Source: the human T2T-CHM13v2.0 reference genome, Homo sapiens
Assembly (NCBI RefSeq): GCF_009914755.1
Contig: NC_060930.1
Strand: one strand, 5' to 3'
Length of the DNA stretch: 64,000 nt
Part shown: one piece after another, positions 62,586 to 64,000 of the stretch
How the letters are laid out: every line of letters begins with the position of its first letter
Numbering within the stretch: position 1 is the stretch's first letter
The notes under the pieces: generated by a model
What the model was told of the DNA's origin: nothing
Seen by the model: the letters and a program-made list of their open reading frames with translations, nothing else
Database searches by the model: none
Position numbers and translations under genes: made by a program

Positions 62586-62933
62586 TGTATTGGATTGCTT
62601 GGGGTACTGTAACAAAATTCCATAGACTGAGTGTCTTCAACGCAAACACTGATGTTGTGGAGGCTGCAAAATCCAGGACCAGGCTGATTTGGTTCTTGGT
62701 GAGGGCTCTCTGGCTTTCAGATGGACACCTTCTCACAGTGTCCTTACATGATGAAAGAGAGCTCTGGTTTCTTCCTTTTCTTATAAGGGCACTAATCGTA
62801 TCTATTATGGCCCTAACCTCATGACATCCTTTAAAGTTAATAATCTCCCAAAGGCCTACCTCCAAATATCATTACATTGGGTATAAGTGCTTCAACATAT
62901 GAATTTTAAAGTGACACCATTCAGTCCACAGCA
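62586..62933 (-). mobile_element. MLT1A/B-type MaLR solo LTR
   Basis: tgtatt...ctgtaacaaaattccatagactg... ending cattcagtccacagca (reverse of the tgct.tggactgaatg start). Confidence 0.75.
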
Positions 62934-63872
62934 CTCATCATTTAATACAAATGTAATGCATTTAATGCAATATTTTTTAGGTTGTTTGAGTGTTTTCAAT
63001 GGTTTTGCTTTTGTCATGTTCTTTCCTCAGATTCTCATACTGTGTTGGAAACACATTACATTTTCATGAACCAATCCTTGTGGATACTTCTATGGCCATT
63101 TCAGCATAGAGTATCTACAATACCATTACCATGATTTTATTTCCCTTACAATTTATCTTTTTATTCAATATTATTATGTTTGAATTGGTGCCGAATAATT
63201 TCTACTTTGCTATGTTTACTTTCAAAATCAGAAATCAAAATCACTTTCTCTTTTAGATAATACACATGTCTGATAGTTTTCTACTTTATTAACATTTAAT
63301 ATTATATTAATATTATACTATTTCCCTCAAAGTATCACGAACTACAGATATATGATTGTTTGTATTATGTGAACATATCTATAACTTAATAAAAATATAC
63401 AAACACAAAAACAAAACAAAATAAAAACTTTAAAGTTACAACTTACATAATTTTAATATCCCATCTGGAAATAGTCAGATTCATTGTCTGGTTTATATTA
63501 AATTTTAAATTTAGCTCTTCCAAATTATAATTATATAAACAGGTTGAAGGGGTCCTTCCCCTATTAATATTACCACAGACTTAATATTGACAGCCATTTT
63601 TTATCTTCAGGAAATTCTATACTACAGATAGAATTATTTATAAAAATTGATCAAAGCAAGATTTTTAAAATTATAATGAAAAAATAAGAGGAGGGTAGGG
63701 AAGAGTGTAATGTCATTGAGCTTCTGTGTTGGAGTCACTCACTATTTTGAAAATTATGCATGTAAGTAACCAGAATAATTTATGAATGTTTAATTCAGTA
63801 AGATTAAATATAAAAAGGATATTACGACATTCTCCTAAATATTACCTTTGCTTCTTTGCTTATTCCTCATAG

Positions 63873-64000
63873 ACTGGTATCCCACGCATGCTACCCACTT
63901 TTCAAAGACCAAAATGCTACCAACAATGGATGTGCCATGGCAAGCAGGTCTGATGGGCGAGGAAAACGGCATGCCACGAAGCCATGTCCCAACAACGTAG
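63873..64000 (+). CDS. TINAG: TINAG exon 7, partial (LVSHACYPLFKDQNATNNGCAMASRSDGRGKRHATKPCPNNV...)
   Basis: Acceptor ttcctcatag|; phase 2 continues the frame (GLVS..CYP papain motif); truncated by window end. Confidence 0.94.

Overview
AT-rich, repeat-dense primate (most likely human) genomic DNA. About 22 kb of gene-free upstream sequence is followed by the 5' part of TINAG (tubulointerstitial nephritis antigen) on the + strand. Coding exons 1-6 are complete (22696-23050, 34737-34800, 35455-35544, 40960-41074, 57383-57506, 61524-61674) and exon 7 starts at 63873 and runs off the window. All junctions are GT-AG and phase-compatible. They give a signal peptide, a furin site (RFKR), a somatomedin-B-like Cys-rich domain and a papain-family (C1A) domain whose catalytic Cys is replaced by Ser. 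The rest is mostly transposon-derived: three structurally informative L1s, several Alus, MaLR/ERVL LTRs, DNA-transposon MITEs, L2 and MIR. I see no evidence for a new gene or a wholly new system. The most interesting signals are (i) an apparent isoform-switching layout in TINAG, with an alternative first exon that removes the signal peptide and poly(A) signals at or just after several splice donors; (ii) an L1 carrying both a twin-priming inversion and a 3' transduction; (iii) an old L1 with a homeology-bounded deletion of nearly all of ORF2; and (iv) several unexplained palindromes and duplications. Repeat subfamily names come from remembered consensus sequences and need RepeatMasker/Dfam confirmation.
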